A stretch of 63,460 bases of DNA, filler included, from Reticulomyxa filosa (Eukaryota; Protista; Foraminifera): the NCBI GenBank assembly GCA_000512085.1. It is 22 parts of 22 records of this genome, joined end to end, with 100 filler letters (N's around TTAATTAATTAA, not from the genome) between each part and the next. Parts side by side here need not be neighbours in the genome. Positions count along the whole stretch, not along the records: positions 12,349 to 15,470 come from ASPP01050467.1; positions 15,571 to 17,114 come from ASPP01004762.1; positions 17,215 to 21,509 come from ASPP01006207.1; positions 21,610 to 28,807 come from ASPP01000204.1; 18 more parts are not named here. The stretch is one strand, 5' to 3'. Under the pieces are notes generated by a model. The model worked only from the letters and a program-made list of their open reading frames with translations. It was not told where the DNA came from and ran no database searches. This document shows positions 12,924 to 26,600 of the stretch, piece by piece (within the stretch, counting starts at the first letter, position 1; each line of letters opens with the position of its first letter). The translations under genes were made by a program, and so were the position numbers.

Positions 12924-13243
12924 TTAAGAAACTATGATTCGTATATTTTTTTTATTTAAAAAAAAATGTACAATTGTCAATATAAAAACATAGTTTTTGT
13001 CGTTGTTACTATTGCTGTCTACCAATTTCACTACACAGTGTCCAAATAATTGAACATTACTTGGATACTCACAGATAAACTTGTATTCGTTTTGGAGTAT
13101 ATTATGAGAATAACAAGCTGTAGCATACATTGAGATTCATCAAGTGGAGAGGGTAGCTCTTTCAAAGTTTGAAAGTATGTAGTAATCTGCTGACTTAGTT
13201 TGGTCTCTCTTTCAGGAGGTTGTGTTGTAGTTCGATTACCCAT
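12924..13243 (-). pseudogene. Kelch-repeat protein pseudogene (expanded Reticulomyxa-type family)
   Basis: FQTLKELPSPLDESQC, then a frameshift into CYSHNILQNEYKFICEYPSNVQLFGHCVVKLVDSN. The expected intervening LICGG segment is missing and no intact downstream repeats follow. Confidence 0.7.
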
Positions 13244-13559
13244 GTTGTTGATGTTGCTAAAGATTTTTAAGTTTTACTTTTTTAAAAAGAGGATTTAACC
13301 CTTTTAAAAAATGAAAAAGGTATTTTATATTGACATTTTTTATTCGGTTGATGAAACATAAAAAAATTGAACATAATTTGAGCAATGGAAATTGAAATGA
13401 ATGAAAAATTGAATTATTGTATCGAAAAATTTCAAAGTACATATTCTTCGCAACATAAAAGATTTATATGATTACGTCTGAGTCAATTGATAGTTATTGT
13501 TATGTGAAACAAATGTGATTTACAGAACAAAATCCTACATTATTTCAAAAAACACTTGT

Positions 13560-15130
13560 TTGTGTGATAATTTGTAAGGGACTCCTGGAGATCGTTGTGA
13601 TCTTAATGCTGTCAAAGAAGTCGTGGAGGAGTGTTTAAAGTGTAAATGTGGAATACCACAAGAAATTTTGAACAGATTGGAAGAAGAATCTCTCAAACAA
13701 AAACATGAAACACAAGTGTCTCAATTACAGAACATTGTGCAAATATTTCAAGAACTCCTCGAAGATCAGAGCATAGACTCTTTGTTGAAAGAATGCACAC
13801 AAATTGTCATTCATTGTGACAATCGATCTGATCAATCTCTGGACAATAATGAAAAGTCAGATAGCATCAGAAAACAAAAACGACCTTTTCGAATTTATGC
13901 TTTCATGGCACAAACTGATCAACCTGTTATTTCATTTTCACATAATCAACAAAGTCAGTTTAAAAAAAAAAAAAATGGAATATCATTACATTTCTGGTTT
14001 CCTTTTCAATGGATATTTTTTAACACATAAATAACGATTTAGAGTGTCGCTTACAAAAGATTGGTGATAACATCTTCGTTGGTGAGTTTCAAGTGGCCAA
14101 TTTCATTTCGATACAACAACGCATGGAACAATGCAGATGACAATTGTAAAATATATTTACTCCGACAGCTAAAAGAAACAGAAAAAGTGCCAATTGCATT
14201 TGATAGAAAATATTATAGATCGACCATCTTTGGAATTTACACTTGAAGCAAAAAATAATCTGAGCTCAGTGATCGAAAAGGTATTACCAGAATTATTTTA
14301 CAACATGTTGGAAGGGATCAAAAGAGAATTGGAGAAGTCTACTATTAATTTGATACCAGTTTGTTCTACAATAAATCTTTTTTTAAAAAAAAAACAGAAA
14401 ATTATAACGTTTATTGAATTTAAAAAAAAAAAAAAAAAAAAGATACTCCAATATATGTTGCTACGTATCCTGCTAGAAGAAAATGAAAGAATGGCATCAA
14501 CAAAAAATGAATTGTTATCTCCTTGGCACCTGAGCAACTCTTGAATTTCTTTGATTTTATCCAAACGCAAAAAAATATGTAATATGTCTTTTTTTTTTTG
14601 TCTTCGGCAGATAAACAAAGTCTAAAGTCAAAAAAAATTACAAACAATACTGTCATGTTTAATTGATATCCTTTGGAATGTTTTGTCAATTTTTTTTATT
14701 TTATTTGGATGAGACAAACGATGTAAACTATTTCTTTTTTTGTTAAAAAAAAACATTTCATTAAAAGACGAAACAATTAGTAGAAAAGTGATGAATTAAC
14801 CAAACAATTATTGAATAATTCTCAAACGAAACATAATAAGAAACAGTCAGTGTTGAAATTTTGGATCCAACTGTTTAATCACAAAGTCAATCAGAAAATT
14901 GATAAATGGAATAAATTGCTGACAGAATCATTGAGAACATGGTTTACTAGAGATGATTTTGACGGATCTTCTTTCATCAATTGCTATCACTGCAAAAGCG
15001 TTATGGTTGTTGACAGACTCACGATTGACATGTCGCAAAGCATTTTGAAAAATGTTTAAAGTCCAATTCAAAACATTTTGAATTTAACAAAGAATATTGG
15101 ACTGACAAAGATCGTAACCAGCTAGTGCTA
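13560..15130 (+). pseudogene. Fragmented hypothetical helical protein
   Basis: Protein-like ORFs 13623..14030, 14194..14544 and 14811..15059 are broken by stops, frameshifts and probable introns. No domain identified. Confidence 0.35.
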
Positions 15131-15570
15131 TGTATTGGTAAATCACCTTGGAGTTTGTCGGAATGGAATTCGTTTTTATTACTAATTTTCAGAAATAATT
15201 TGTTTAGCAACAGTAATATTAGCCAATAACATAAATTCTTCGATTATAGAATTAGTTGGTAGCATAGGATAATGTTCTAATTTGGTAGATTTCTTTGTTT
15301 CTTTATCCAATCGAAAATAAGGTTGAGGAGAACTTAAAATCAATGATCTTTTTTCAATTCTTTTTTTTTTATGTGTGTGTGTTTGCGATATTAAAATAAA
15401 TAATATTTACAAAATAATTTTATCATTACCATTTGTATTTGTATTTACTGTTACATTTTTATTATCATATNNNNNNNNNNNNNNNNNNNNNNNNNNNNNN
15501 NNNNNNNNNNNNNNTTAATTAATTAANNNNNNNNNNNNNNNNNNNNNNNNNNNNNNNNNNNNNNNNNNNN

Positions 15571-16300
15571 CGCAAAAAGGGCACGCAAAAGCGAACAATA
15601 ATAATAATAATAATAATAACAAAAACAATAAGAATGGCGACAATGATGATAATAAGGAGAATGACAACGATAATAGTAATAACAAAAACAATAACAATGA
15701 CGACAAAAAAAAAGAAAAAAAGAAAAAGTTTGCAATGAGCAACGACGGACGAGCACACGGAAAAAAAAAAAGAAAAAATTAAAGAAAATTAGAGGCGATA
15801 AACAACAAAGTAAAAAGCACAACAGTGTCGTAAAAACGAGTGCAGCTTCAAATGTTGTCACGCCGAGACTACCAGCTCAACCTTGGTTCACCAATCCAAT
15901 GGACGCAAATACTTTGAGCGACAACTCTTCTTTGACGACCAAGTATCGTATTAAGGACATTTCATTATTCCCCGCAAAAGCTATTCAAAACGCATTTGCT
16001 CATCACCAAGTTTTTTTTAAAAAAAAAAAATTAATTCGCTTTGTTTTTTTGATGGGTTACAATTTGTTTGCATGTTTGCAGAAAAGCAAAACGACATCAA
16101 CAAAGAAATCGAATCTGCGACAAATGTTTTCGGATCATGTGCATGCCAGAAAAGTGATGCTCGACCATGCGATTGAAAATAGTGCCAATAATCGATGTTG
16201 GACTGCACTGAAGTCGTCGTCCTCGAAACCCACGCAAAACCATAAGCACAAAATAATGGATCCAATAAAGGGCTATCGTAAACGACAAATCAATCATCAT
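15571..16300 (+). CDS. Hypothetical protein 3' part (Asn/Lys low-complexity region, then basic C-terminus)
   Basis: Coding-like ORF with a probable intron at ~16010..16081. No family recognised. Confidence 0.3.
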
Positions 16301-17376
16301 TTGTATTTGATTCCAGAGGGGATACCTTCACCTCCTGTTGATCCTAGGCGTTTTGGTGGTGAGTCTCTTCCTCCTGCTTGTCTTGTTCTCTTTTCTCTCA
16401 TTTTTTTTGTTTTTGAACTATTCAATGATGCATATAGTTTCATAACCGAAATATTGTTTGTCTCTCCTTTTCTCTTTTCTCTGCTCTCTTCTCTCTCTCT
16501 AGATACACCGAAGCAATGGACTTTTCTCAAAAAAAAAAAAAAAATGATGCGGGAAATCAAACATTGTAACACTCGTATTGTTTCAAAATCATCACTCACA
16601 GTCAAGAAAAGAATCAGCAACTCAATTATTTCGACCCCTATTATTTCTACAATATCTAGCTACTCTTAGAAATTGTTGTTCGTGGGCACATTGGGTTACT
16701 TATCTCTAGCTTCTCATTCTGGACAATAGGACTTGATTTGTTCTTGATCACATATTTCAACTAGTTTAGGTTCAAAGTACTGTTTTTTTACAATCATTGT
16801 TATGGCAATGTTTTCTCTTTCTTTTTCCTGCTTTTTTCATTTTGTTCAAAATGGTGTGGTTGTAACATACACAACCTTAAGATCTCCCCATATTTAGCTT
16901 TTTTGTTAAATTCAGATCGTCCGCCTATTACTTTTTTAAAAATACTTTAACTTAACCAACATTTTTTCAAACCAAAAAAATTTGTTCGATTTGACTGCTT
17001 AAATTGAGGTTGAATGGATTTTACTCTGAAAAGGTAGATTGAGAGCCAATTTGTACATTTCTCTTAGTTGATATTCTACGTCACAAGTATAAACTTGAAT
17101 TGTACTTCAATTAANNNNNNNNNNNNNNNNNNNNNNNNNNNNNNNNNNNNNNNNNNNNTTAATTAATTAANNNNNNNNNNNNNNNNNNNNNNNNNNNNNN
17201 NNNNNNNNNNNNNNGTTTTTCCACACAAACGAGAGAGAGAGGGATGCGAATAAATAAATAAATATATATATATGTGTATACATGTACTACATATAAACGA
17301 TATATGAATCATAATTTGCTTGAATGGAAATTACTAGTATTCAACAAAAATTGGAAACATAAATAAAGTTTATATT

Positions 17377-17799
17377 TCATTGTTGTCTCGCATTAACTTC
17401 TTCTTTTGCTTTTGGTGTGGGCTTCTCCTGTTCTTCCGTTTTCTTTTTCCCATTTTGCTTTGAATTGTCATTTTCTGCAGCTTTTGCTTTGTCGGCTTTG
17501 TCTGTTTTCTCTACTTTTTCTGCTTTGTCTGTTTTGTCTGATTTGTCTGCCTTGTCTGATTTGTCTGCCTTGTCTGCTTTGTCTTTTTTATCAGTTTTGG
17601 CCCCTTTTGCTTTGTCTGCTGATTTATTTGCTTGTTTTGCATTCTCCGCGGCGGCTAATGCTGCACTTGCTTGCTCTTGGGTGATTGGCTTCAGCTCTTT
17701 GTTACCTTTCGCAAACGCTACTAACGCTTGTGCATCTTTTGGTTTTTTGTTATGCTTTCCTTCATACGCCTTCAAGGCTTTGCTTGCTGGATCCGTCAT
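17377..17799 (-). CDS. Lys/Ala/Asp-rich protein with (D/E)K(A/S/T) tripeptide repeats (first exon)
   Basis: MTDPASKALKAYEGKHNKKPKD...DKADKADKSDKADKSDKTDKAEK, with a probable donor after KEE and the contig ending in an intron. Confidence 0.6.
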   Translation of the reverse strand: MTDPASKALKAYEGKHNKKPKDAQALVAFAKGNKELKPITQEQASAALAAAENAKQANKSADKAKGAKTDKKDKADKADKSDKADKSDKTDKAEKVEKTDKADKAKAAENDNSKQNGKKKTEEQEKPTPKAKEEVNARQQ

Positions 17800-18179
17800 G
17801 AGAAAAATGTGCTAGCAAGTGGATACAATCCAAACGCAATGAAGGATCGAAGAATTAAGTGAGTTTTAAAGCAAAGAAAACAAGGAGCCACTTTGCGTAC
17901 CTTCATTAGCCCTGTAGTCAATTTTTTATCTTTTTCAAATCAAACATTTTCTTGATGTACACAACGCCATAAACTTGTTAGAAGTAAACAAAAATTTCAC
18001 TCTTGTAATCGCTTGCAGAAAGTGATCATCAGAGGATAAAGAAAGCAACGCTTAGTATTTCTTTTCATTAAAATAGAGTTTAAAAATAAAATTGACGCCC
18101 AAAGGGTCTGTGGTTTTGCAAACTGAGTTTTTGTATGGCGCTTTCCTTTTTTTTTTAGCGCACTTGAAATCAAAATAGC

Positions 18180-19370
18180 ATGTTCGGACGATTATTTGGA
18201 ACAAATTCAAAAAGTAAAAACGCAAATCACCCCCCTATCGACTTGAATTCATCCATTCAAAAATTAAGACAGGCTATCGTTACACTTGAAAAGAGAGAAC
18301 AACACTTGGGGAAAAAGATTGATGATTGTGTCAAAAATGCAAAGCAAAAGTCAAAAAATAAAGACAAAAAAGGTAATAAACTTTTGTAGAGTCCAATTTA
18401 CTTTTCTTTTTTCCGCTCCTCCCCTCCTTCTCCTCCTTTAACCTTTCACGTTGCACGCAATGCCGGCGTGTTGAATCCAAAAATGATAGGCGTTTGAATA
18501 TTAGGATCAAATTGGATTGTTTTTTTGTGTTCCTTTGATATGTTGTTTGTTTTTAGGGGCATTGTTTGAATTGAAAAAGAAGAAACACTTGGAAGGTCAA
18601 TTGCAGTCTATTCAAGGCAAAAAATTGAATTTAGAAACACAAATTATGACACTTGAAGATGCATTTCTCAATAAAGAAACGTTGAATGTTAAGTACTCCA
18701 AGAAATGTTGTTTTTTTTTTTTTTTATGTTATTCCCCCCTTTTCGGATGCCCTTTTTTTTCCTTCAATGAAAAAAAGAAAAGTGAAAATTATAAATTTCG
18801 AAAATTTATTCATTTTGGTTGGATGCACACAAAACACTTGAAACAGGCCATGCAAACAACCGCACAAACAATGCGCGCAGTGATGACCGAAAATGACGCA
18901 GACAAGGCAGACGAGTTGATAGAAGATATCAACGAAGCCATGGATCAAGTTCAGGAAATGAATGAGGCTATGTCGCAGCCTTTGGGCCCACAGATGGATG
19001 AAGTTAACAATTATACTGTTTTATATACATATGTATATTTCATTTCGACCCTTTTGCAAGTGTGTGCGTGACTTTAAATATCTTTGCAGTCCTAAAATTG
19101 TATGTTGGCCTGTGAAACCAACAAACATTGTTCGACTAGTGAATGCATATTTTTTTTGGTGGTCAGGACGAATTACAAGCAGAGTTAGACGAATTGGAAG
19201 AGTTGGAAGCAGATGAATTGCTATCCGATATGCCAGCAACAAGTGCAAAGAAGAAAGTTGTGGAGAAAGAAACGGAAGTGCCTGATATCGAAGTGCCCAC
19301 ACACAAAGTTGCTGCCAAGAAAAAAACAGAAGACGACGAGCTTGCTGAACTTGAAGCCATGATTGGTTGA
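18180..19370 (+). CDS. SNF7: ESCRT-III subunit Snf7/Vps32/CHMP4
   Basis: Four in-phase exons 18180-18372, 18557-18687, 18847-19002 and 19167-19370 with GT-AG introns. Motifs: SIQKLRQAIVTLEKRE, ALFELKKKK, LETQIMTLE, MDEDELQAELDELE, EDDELAELEAM. Confidence 0.95.
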
Positions 19371-20022
19371 TTTTTTCTTTCTCTTCTTTAGTACAAAGAT
19401 CATTACTAGGTTAAAATTGTCTAATTTCTTTCCTAACTTCTGAAATGCACGTTTTTTTTCCGTTATCAAGCAAATGCTTTGCTCTTTTTGAGTCCTCATC
19501 AATACAATCGCTCATCAACATATAATCACTACGTAATTTTTTTTTAGTTAAGAGACCTGTGGAATATTGGCCTAATGCCAACAGTTTTCTGTATTTCAAT
19601 ATTAAATTTATAATCAAGACCACGCAGAATTTATCACGAGTTTTTAATAATCATTTTTCAAACTTTCGAACCAATAATTTTAATTGAAAAGCAAAAACTC
19701 CAAACAATTGAGTGCAAAAAACAAAACAAAATAAAAACCAATCACAAACATAGACAATTGGATTACATCTTTCACCACTTCAAAAAGTGTTGAAATGTTC
19801 CAACGTCTGATGATAAGAGAACCTGTCTTGGACAAACAGTGCTTCACGGCGGATTTTCATTTAGGAGAATTCTTTTTCGGAAGGAATAAGTAAGTTTTGT
19901 AAATCATATGTTCAAAATTGTGTCTCAATTCAGCAAAGCAAGACAAAAAAACAAACTCAAAAAAATAACAACCCTTTCTCCCACAGCCCATCAAATTTAA
20001 ATACGAAATGTGTTGAAATTGA

Positions 20023-21143
20023 TTACACCTCACTGAGGACTTGTGTTCGAAGTTGTTTTTCAACTCTTTTTCCGTCGTTGGATTTTATCACTCCTGTTCA
20101 AAAGTTGCATTTCCCAAACGTTAAAAAAAAGGTTTGTTGTTTTTTTTTAATGAACGAGGTACGTAAAGAAAAGGTAAGATTCCAAAAAAAAATTAAAGTA
20201 TAGAAAATATTTAAAAAACATATACCCGTCTTTGCCAATCTCCTTTCCAAGGCAATGGTAGGGAAGTCGTCTCGATTTCCCAGTTCAGTGAAGCCAATGA
20301 CTTTATCAACCAAAAATCCATGAACAACAACGCATAGGGTCGGCAAAGTTCGTATTTTCCATCTTTGCGTGACAAATGGAGATTTTTTGGCGTCACATTT
20401 GACAAATCTCACATCAGTGTTCTTAGGAGCTAATAATGCCAGGTGATGATCCATTACTGAACAATTTTTAAATTCATTCGAGCTGAAATGAACAACAACG
20501 TATTGCGTGTCTGCTGCCATTTTTAGCATATCCTTTTCATCCATTTGATCGTAATGTCCAAATCCCTGTTTGTTTTATCCACAACAACAACAACAACATA
20601 CGACAATTGACTTCGATCATGCCCATTCACACGTTACTTTTGGCAAAGTTATTGCAAATTGGTGGGACCCTTTCTTTCGTTCACTTCACACTTAACTTTG
20701 GAAAGCTTTTCTTGTTTTTGTCGAAACTGTTCTTTCAATTGCTCTCGTCTCTCTTCTTGGATTTTTCGCAGCTCTGGGTCGTTCTCTATTTCCTTTTCAA
20801 ACTCATCCAGCGAATCATTGTCACTATCTTTGGCTTTTTCTTTTTCTGTTGCCGAAACATGTTTTGCACCTGCGTCTTGAATTTCTACACGTAATCCTCT
20901 TTTCACTTCAGGTGTTTCCCATTTTTTCTTTTTTTATTTTTGTTTTTTAAATTTGTCGTTTGCTTTTGGGAGTTTGATTTTTTTTATTGGTTTTGTAAGT
21001 GTGTATTTTTATTATAATCACTTTTGCTCTTCGTACAGCTGCTGGTACAAATAACTGGTTTGTGCTTCTTCCAGAGCTTTGTCAACGGCAACATCGCGTA
21101 ATACATCTTTCACTTGAGACCAAGTTCCATTTGCTGACGCCAT
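20023..21143 (-). CDS. TXNDC9: Phosducin-like protein 3 / thioredoxin domain-containing protein 9
   Basis: ELRKIQEERREQLK helix, GFGHY, VVVHFSSNEFKNCSVMDHHL, KSPFVTQRWKIRTLPTL, GFTELGNRDDF..LERRL. Introns at 20696..20566 and 20225..20094, plus a first intron near 21020..20930. Confidence 0.9.
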
Positions 21144-21609
21144 TTCGCAAATTAAGGTTTATATATTTATAATGAGGGTGGTGAGGCTTTTTGAGAAGAA
21201 GGACCCAAGCACTTTCACAACCAAACATAAACCAATTATATGTTAATGAAGAGATTACGTTATTTAAAATTATATTTGGAGCAGATGGATAGCTTTAAGC
21301 GTTGTGTCATCGTACAGTCAACAGCGGTGGAGTTAAGACGTTCAAGAATTGTACCTTTTTTTTTTTATAAATGTTGGATTTTTGGTAGCAGTGAAAAAAC
21401 ACAAGATGTCAATACAAGCAAATTTTCGCAGAATTGCGTCTTCGCGATGTTTTGGAGGGCATATCGAAGTAAGTTGTGCTGAAAACCAAAAAAAGGAGAG
21501 AAAAAAAAANNNNNNNNNNNNNNNNNNNNNNNNNNNNNNNNNNNNNNNNNNNNTTAATTAATTAANNNNNNNNNNNNNNNNNNNNNNNNNNNNNNNNNNN
21601 NNNNNNNNN

Positions 21610-21794
21610 ATATCAATTAAAAATATCAACAATAAAGAAAATTAAAAAAAAAAAATTTAATATTTAAAAACTACAAGATTAGTAGATATTTTAAAAAAAA
21701 AAAATTAGGTTTAAATCTTTATTTTTCATGGAGAAAATCGATTCTCTTCATATAGTGCCATTTAGGTATAGCAGTTTTTTTGCAATCTACTGTA
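21610..21794 (-). mobile_element. Tc1/mariner-type element end, copy 2
   Basis: Ends GCAGTTTTTTTGCAATCTACTG|TA. Homologous to 8406..8485 and 44160..44319. Confidence 0.65.
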
Positions 21795-21811
21795 AATTAA
21801 GTAAATTGGAA

Positions 21812-21905
21812 AATTATCATCTTGTTGCTTCATACAACAATTTGGGAGATATTTTTTACAAAAAGGAGAATATGACAAAGCAAGCGAATTTTTAAAAAAT
21901 CATGG
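21812..21905 (+). pseudogene. Single TPR motif remnant
   Basis: HLVASYNNLGDIFYKKGEYDKASEF* is the same family as 32484..33502. Confidence 0.55.
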
Positions 21906-23678
21906 ATATCTAGTGTCATATCAGGAGAACGGAATGAAAGTACATTGACAAAAAAAATAAAAGTAAAAGATTTAAGTTAATGGATTTGTGTGTTTAATAA
22001 AAGAGAAGAAACTTTTTCAAAATAGTGAGCATTTGATTTTTTTAAATATCTTTGAAAAACATTTTAAAATGTATTTCATTCTTTTATCAATTTACTCCAA
22101 TTTTCTTTTTGCATTTGCAAAAAATAAACAAAGTATTCCAATAGAAAAAATTTATAATTAATAAACTGTTTTTATTCATATTTTGCTCACAATTGAAATG
22201 ATAATTTGAGTCAAATAAAATTGAAATAAGTACACAGAAGAATTACAATTTTGAATAGAGAAAAAAATGAATGCTATAAAGTTAAATGGCTAAACATTTG
22301 ATATAATCAAAGAAAAATAAATCTTACTTAACGGAATTTTAGTTTTGATGAACCTTAATGGATAGTAAATAAACATTTTCAGTGACAGAGTAGCCAACAA
22401 AATTTGAAGAAGTATTTCAAAATCATTGATATGTGTTAACAGACAGCATTCTTGTTTTTGTGTTTAATCATTTCCAAATGGATTGTCTCCAAATATGCCT
22501 TCGAGTTATTATACCATGTTTTTGTCCCACAATAAAAAACTTAGAGGAATTTATACTTTGAAAAGGTATTATGAAATTAAATAGTCAAAATGAGTTTGAA
22601 TCTCCAAGATAATTGATTATATGCTTGTTGACACAAAGACCCTTCAAATACAACTTTTTCAGCCAAGTTGGAATAAATTTTTTTTGTAAGCAATATCACA
22701 ACTCTACTTTTGTTTAAGATCAAGATGTTTAGACACGCATAATCAAAAAATAGAATACAAGCACTTGTCAAAAGACTGCAATCACTAAACACAAAACGGT
22801 ATGTCTTTCTCAAAAAAAAAAGGGAACAGAATTTCAATTTTTTTCATATCCATTAACCGTGTCCGTGATTCCCTACCTGAAAATAAAAAAAACTTGGATA
22901 GTGAGAACAATGTCGGGCAATAATAATTGGAGTGATTTGTGTGAATGTTTTTTTAATCGAATGAGAAGTAATGTCCAGCAGTTTGAAAACATTGTGTCTG
23001 CAGTTAAAAAATTTTTCCCTTGTTAGTTTTAAAATATTATTATGCACACTAACGATACACGTACAACAACAAATAATTCATCAAACAGAATAACCAGCAT
23101 ACATCAGGTGACTTTGATTATCCATCATTCCAAGCATAAAAAACAATGCTTTAAAAAAACTTTGATTTTGGGATCATCGAAAAATATTGTGGTTGTTTTT
23201 TTTGGGGGGGGGGGGGGGGACCGGGCTTAAAAAAGATCCATTCTCAACTCTACATAACAATAATAATGGTGGTGGGGACTCGAATAATTGGACAACAACA
23301 TTGTTGGCAGTGTTAATGGTATTATTGATGATGTTGACATTGATGGAGTACTCACGAAATAGAAGAAGCAACACCAACGAGAGCAATCACAATGCTGACG
23401 AAGGTGTCACTGATTGTACGCCCTTGAATCACAACAACAATAACAACAACTTTCCACCTCCTCCAATTGATTGATACATAAACACACAAATTAAATTTTC
23501 TTTTTTTCTTTTTGGAAGAGTTTTTTTTTTGTCAAAGCCCATTATTTCTTTATTTATTCTGAGCGAACGTGGTTGGCTATGATTGTCCCAAGTGAAAAAA
23601 CAACTTTTTTTTTTTTGTTCAATTAATTTGCAAATCACCTTTCCTAAAATAGCATCACCAACGCCGTTATGAGTTTTT

Positions 23679-26600
23679 TTGATAAAAGCCAATCCCCAAA
23701 AAATTGTGATGCAACAACAAACGTTTTCAAACAAAAGGTCAGACAATGCCGACTATTTCCTGTCTCAAGTGGCCGAAAAAACTGATCAGACAGTCCAAGA
23801 AACACATGAAATGAGACAGACGATAGCTGAAAAAAATAAAAAAGAAGAGATTCTGGTCTATCTGTCTAAAGACAAATCAGAACGAACTTTAGAACTGTCA
23901 GTCAAAAATTCTAAGTCATGGCAAAAAACAAAGGAAAGTGAAAAAGAAAAGGAATTAATAAAAATGCGTGCTACATTGGCCCGCACCAATGAACATTTGG
24001 ATAGTCTGCGGTTAGAAAAAGATGCCTTGGAAGTGAAATACCTCAGACTGGCCAAAGAGAATAAAACACTTCAAAGTGTCTCCTCCGCACAATGCAAGCA
24101 AGGTCACATGACCATTGTTTTAAACAAGTGTAAAAACTTAAAACAGCCTTTAAAAGAAATCCAGATGCAGATGATAAAGTGTGCACAAATAATGGATGTT
24201 GGCTTAAATGAATTAAAATTTCGCATGAATTGTTTGCAATACTTTTATTTGTCGATTCATTTCCAAAAAACAAAACTTGTTTTTATAGATGTCACACAAA
24301 CTGTGAGAACACTAAGGCAAGAACTTGCACTAGTAACGTCACAAAAACAACACTGGGAGTTACTTCACAGTGCGCAGTGTAAGGAAATTCAATCGTTAAA
24401 AGAAAGACTGGACTGTGCCAATTTTCAATCGGATCAAAGCAAAAGTATATTTTTTTCAAAGAAATTTCTATCCAAGGCTAGGCCAGCACGTTTGAACAAA
24501 TAGTAAACAAAATAACAGAATTCGAAGAGCACACGGACAGTCAAAATACAAAATTGGAGATTCAAATTTTGAATACTCAACTGCAAATTTGTAAAAATGA
24601 AAACTTGGAATTGGAAAGTTGTTGGAAGGGACAGAACACAAACTAAAAGAAGCTCAAAAGCAAAAGTTGTGTTTTTTTGTTAGCATTTTTTTCAATAAGG
24701 CAAATAGACTCTTCAAAGGAATTAAACTTTGTGTTTCTCTAATGAAGGCTTTTAATAGAGCAAAAACTAGAAGGATGTATAAAAGAAATTTCACAAATGA
24801 GAAATGAATCGGTTGGTCAAAAAGAAAAATTTGGTTTGTGGATCGAAACAACAATCAATAAAAATTTTCCAGAACAGATACGCGAAAGACATAGCGTATT
24901 GATGTAAGTTTAAGCAAATCTTTGAGACATTTAATAATAGCCTTGTTTTTCTTTTATTTCGTGCTAATCAAACTCTGCTTTTTGTTTCTTTCGAAAGAGA
25001 AAGGATTAAAAACGCGTGCATAAAATATCGCTACATGATTAACGAACTTGAGAAATATAGAAAGCACTGCCTTAAAAACTTTGCGAACTTTCCAGAAATT
25101 TGTAAAAATGCGTTGCAGCAGGCTTTGTATCAAATAGCAGACAAGTTTAAGAAAAAGACAACTCAAACAAATAAAAGTAATTTTTGCTTCTTCAACGAGC
25201 CATTTTGATTTAATTATTAAAAAAATCAACTACAAGGTGCCAAGATAAAATTAACAGTAATGTGGCAACGCTAAAGCAACAGTTACAAACTAAAGACGAT
25301 GCCATTCGCAACTTGCAAGAAAAATTAAATACATTGGAGACTTCACAGCCACAAACTGACCTCTTTCAAAAGTTTATATTTAATTGAGAATTGGCTAATC
25401 TTCTTTTAAACGAATCACAGAAATAATTCTCTTTTTTTCAAACAATAGAAATCAAAAGCAGTGAAAATGCAATATCAATCCAAACAAGTGACAAGTGGTC
25501 TGCTCAAGTTGAATAGTTGCTATCATAGTTTAAGACACGATTGGAAACAAGCCAAAATTGAATTGGAAGAATCGCTTCGCCAAACAAGTGTGGACATTCT
25601 TCTTCGACTGTCGACGAGACAGAACCTCCGTCCGTTATTTTCCCAAATTGAAGACACAGCTGTTACGAGTAAATTTAGGTACGTCTTTTAAAAAAGTGAA
25701 AGATTTTTGTTTAAACGCACAAGTACTCTTGATTAAGTTTTGAGACCTATAACAAGCTATGAAAAAATAACACTCGTCAAGGGAACTTGTGACGACGTTT
25801 TGTGAAAAGGTTTTTTTTGGCTTTTCCTTTGGTTTTTTCCTCTTGTCTTGAACATATATTTTCAGATAAGGAAACAAGAGAACGCTAAATTCAAAGATAA
25901 TGTAAACTTATAGGCACAACCAGATTAATATATTAGTAAATACAAAGAAAATACAACATTTAAGTGATGAATGCTCAATCCTCAAAAGCGATTACAAGAC
26001 ACTACTCGGTGAAATTGGAAAAGAGTTCCAAGTTATTGTCTCTGAGTTGTCACAAAATTCAAAAAAAGTTATTTTGCGTGACAATTCATTCCATTATTAT
26101 GCGCTCAGCCAAACTCAAAGAAAGGTTGATAAAATATTTTATATATTCGATAATATATTAAGATGAAAGCAGCAAAATACTTTAGATATTTTAGTGAAAT
26201 CAAGACTTTTGAAAAATGATAAAACTCACTTTTATTATTTTTGGAATTACAAAAACAGGACACTTTGTTAGCACCAGCTTCGAAAGATGATCAAAAATTT
26301 ATTATTGAACATTGCAAGCATCTGGAGTGTATAAGCCTACCTGCTACTCTCAGTTCTTCACAATGTCTCAAAAATCCATTGCTTAACAAAAACAAGAGCC
26401 AAGTTTCATCTCCAAATAATTTAAAAGATAAGTTGGACATGTGTCAAAAAGGGACACTTCAAAATTTGGGTAATGTCACAATTAATACGAGAGACCCTTA
26501 CTTGAATAACATTGCATGGGTAGGCCCCACGACGCAAGAGTATTACTGCTCGTGCATCATCACCAATAATTGTATTCAACAGTCTAATGATAGGGTTACT

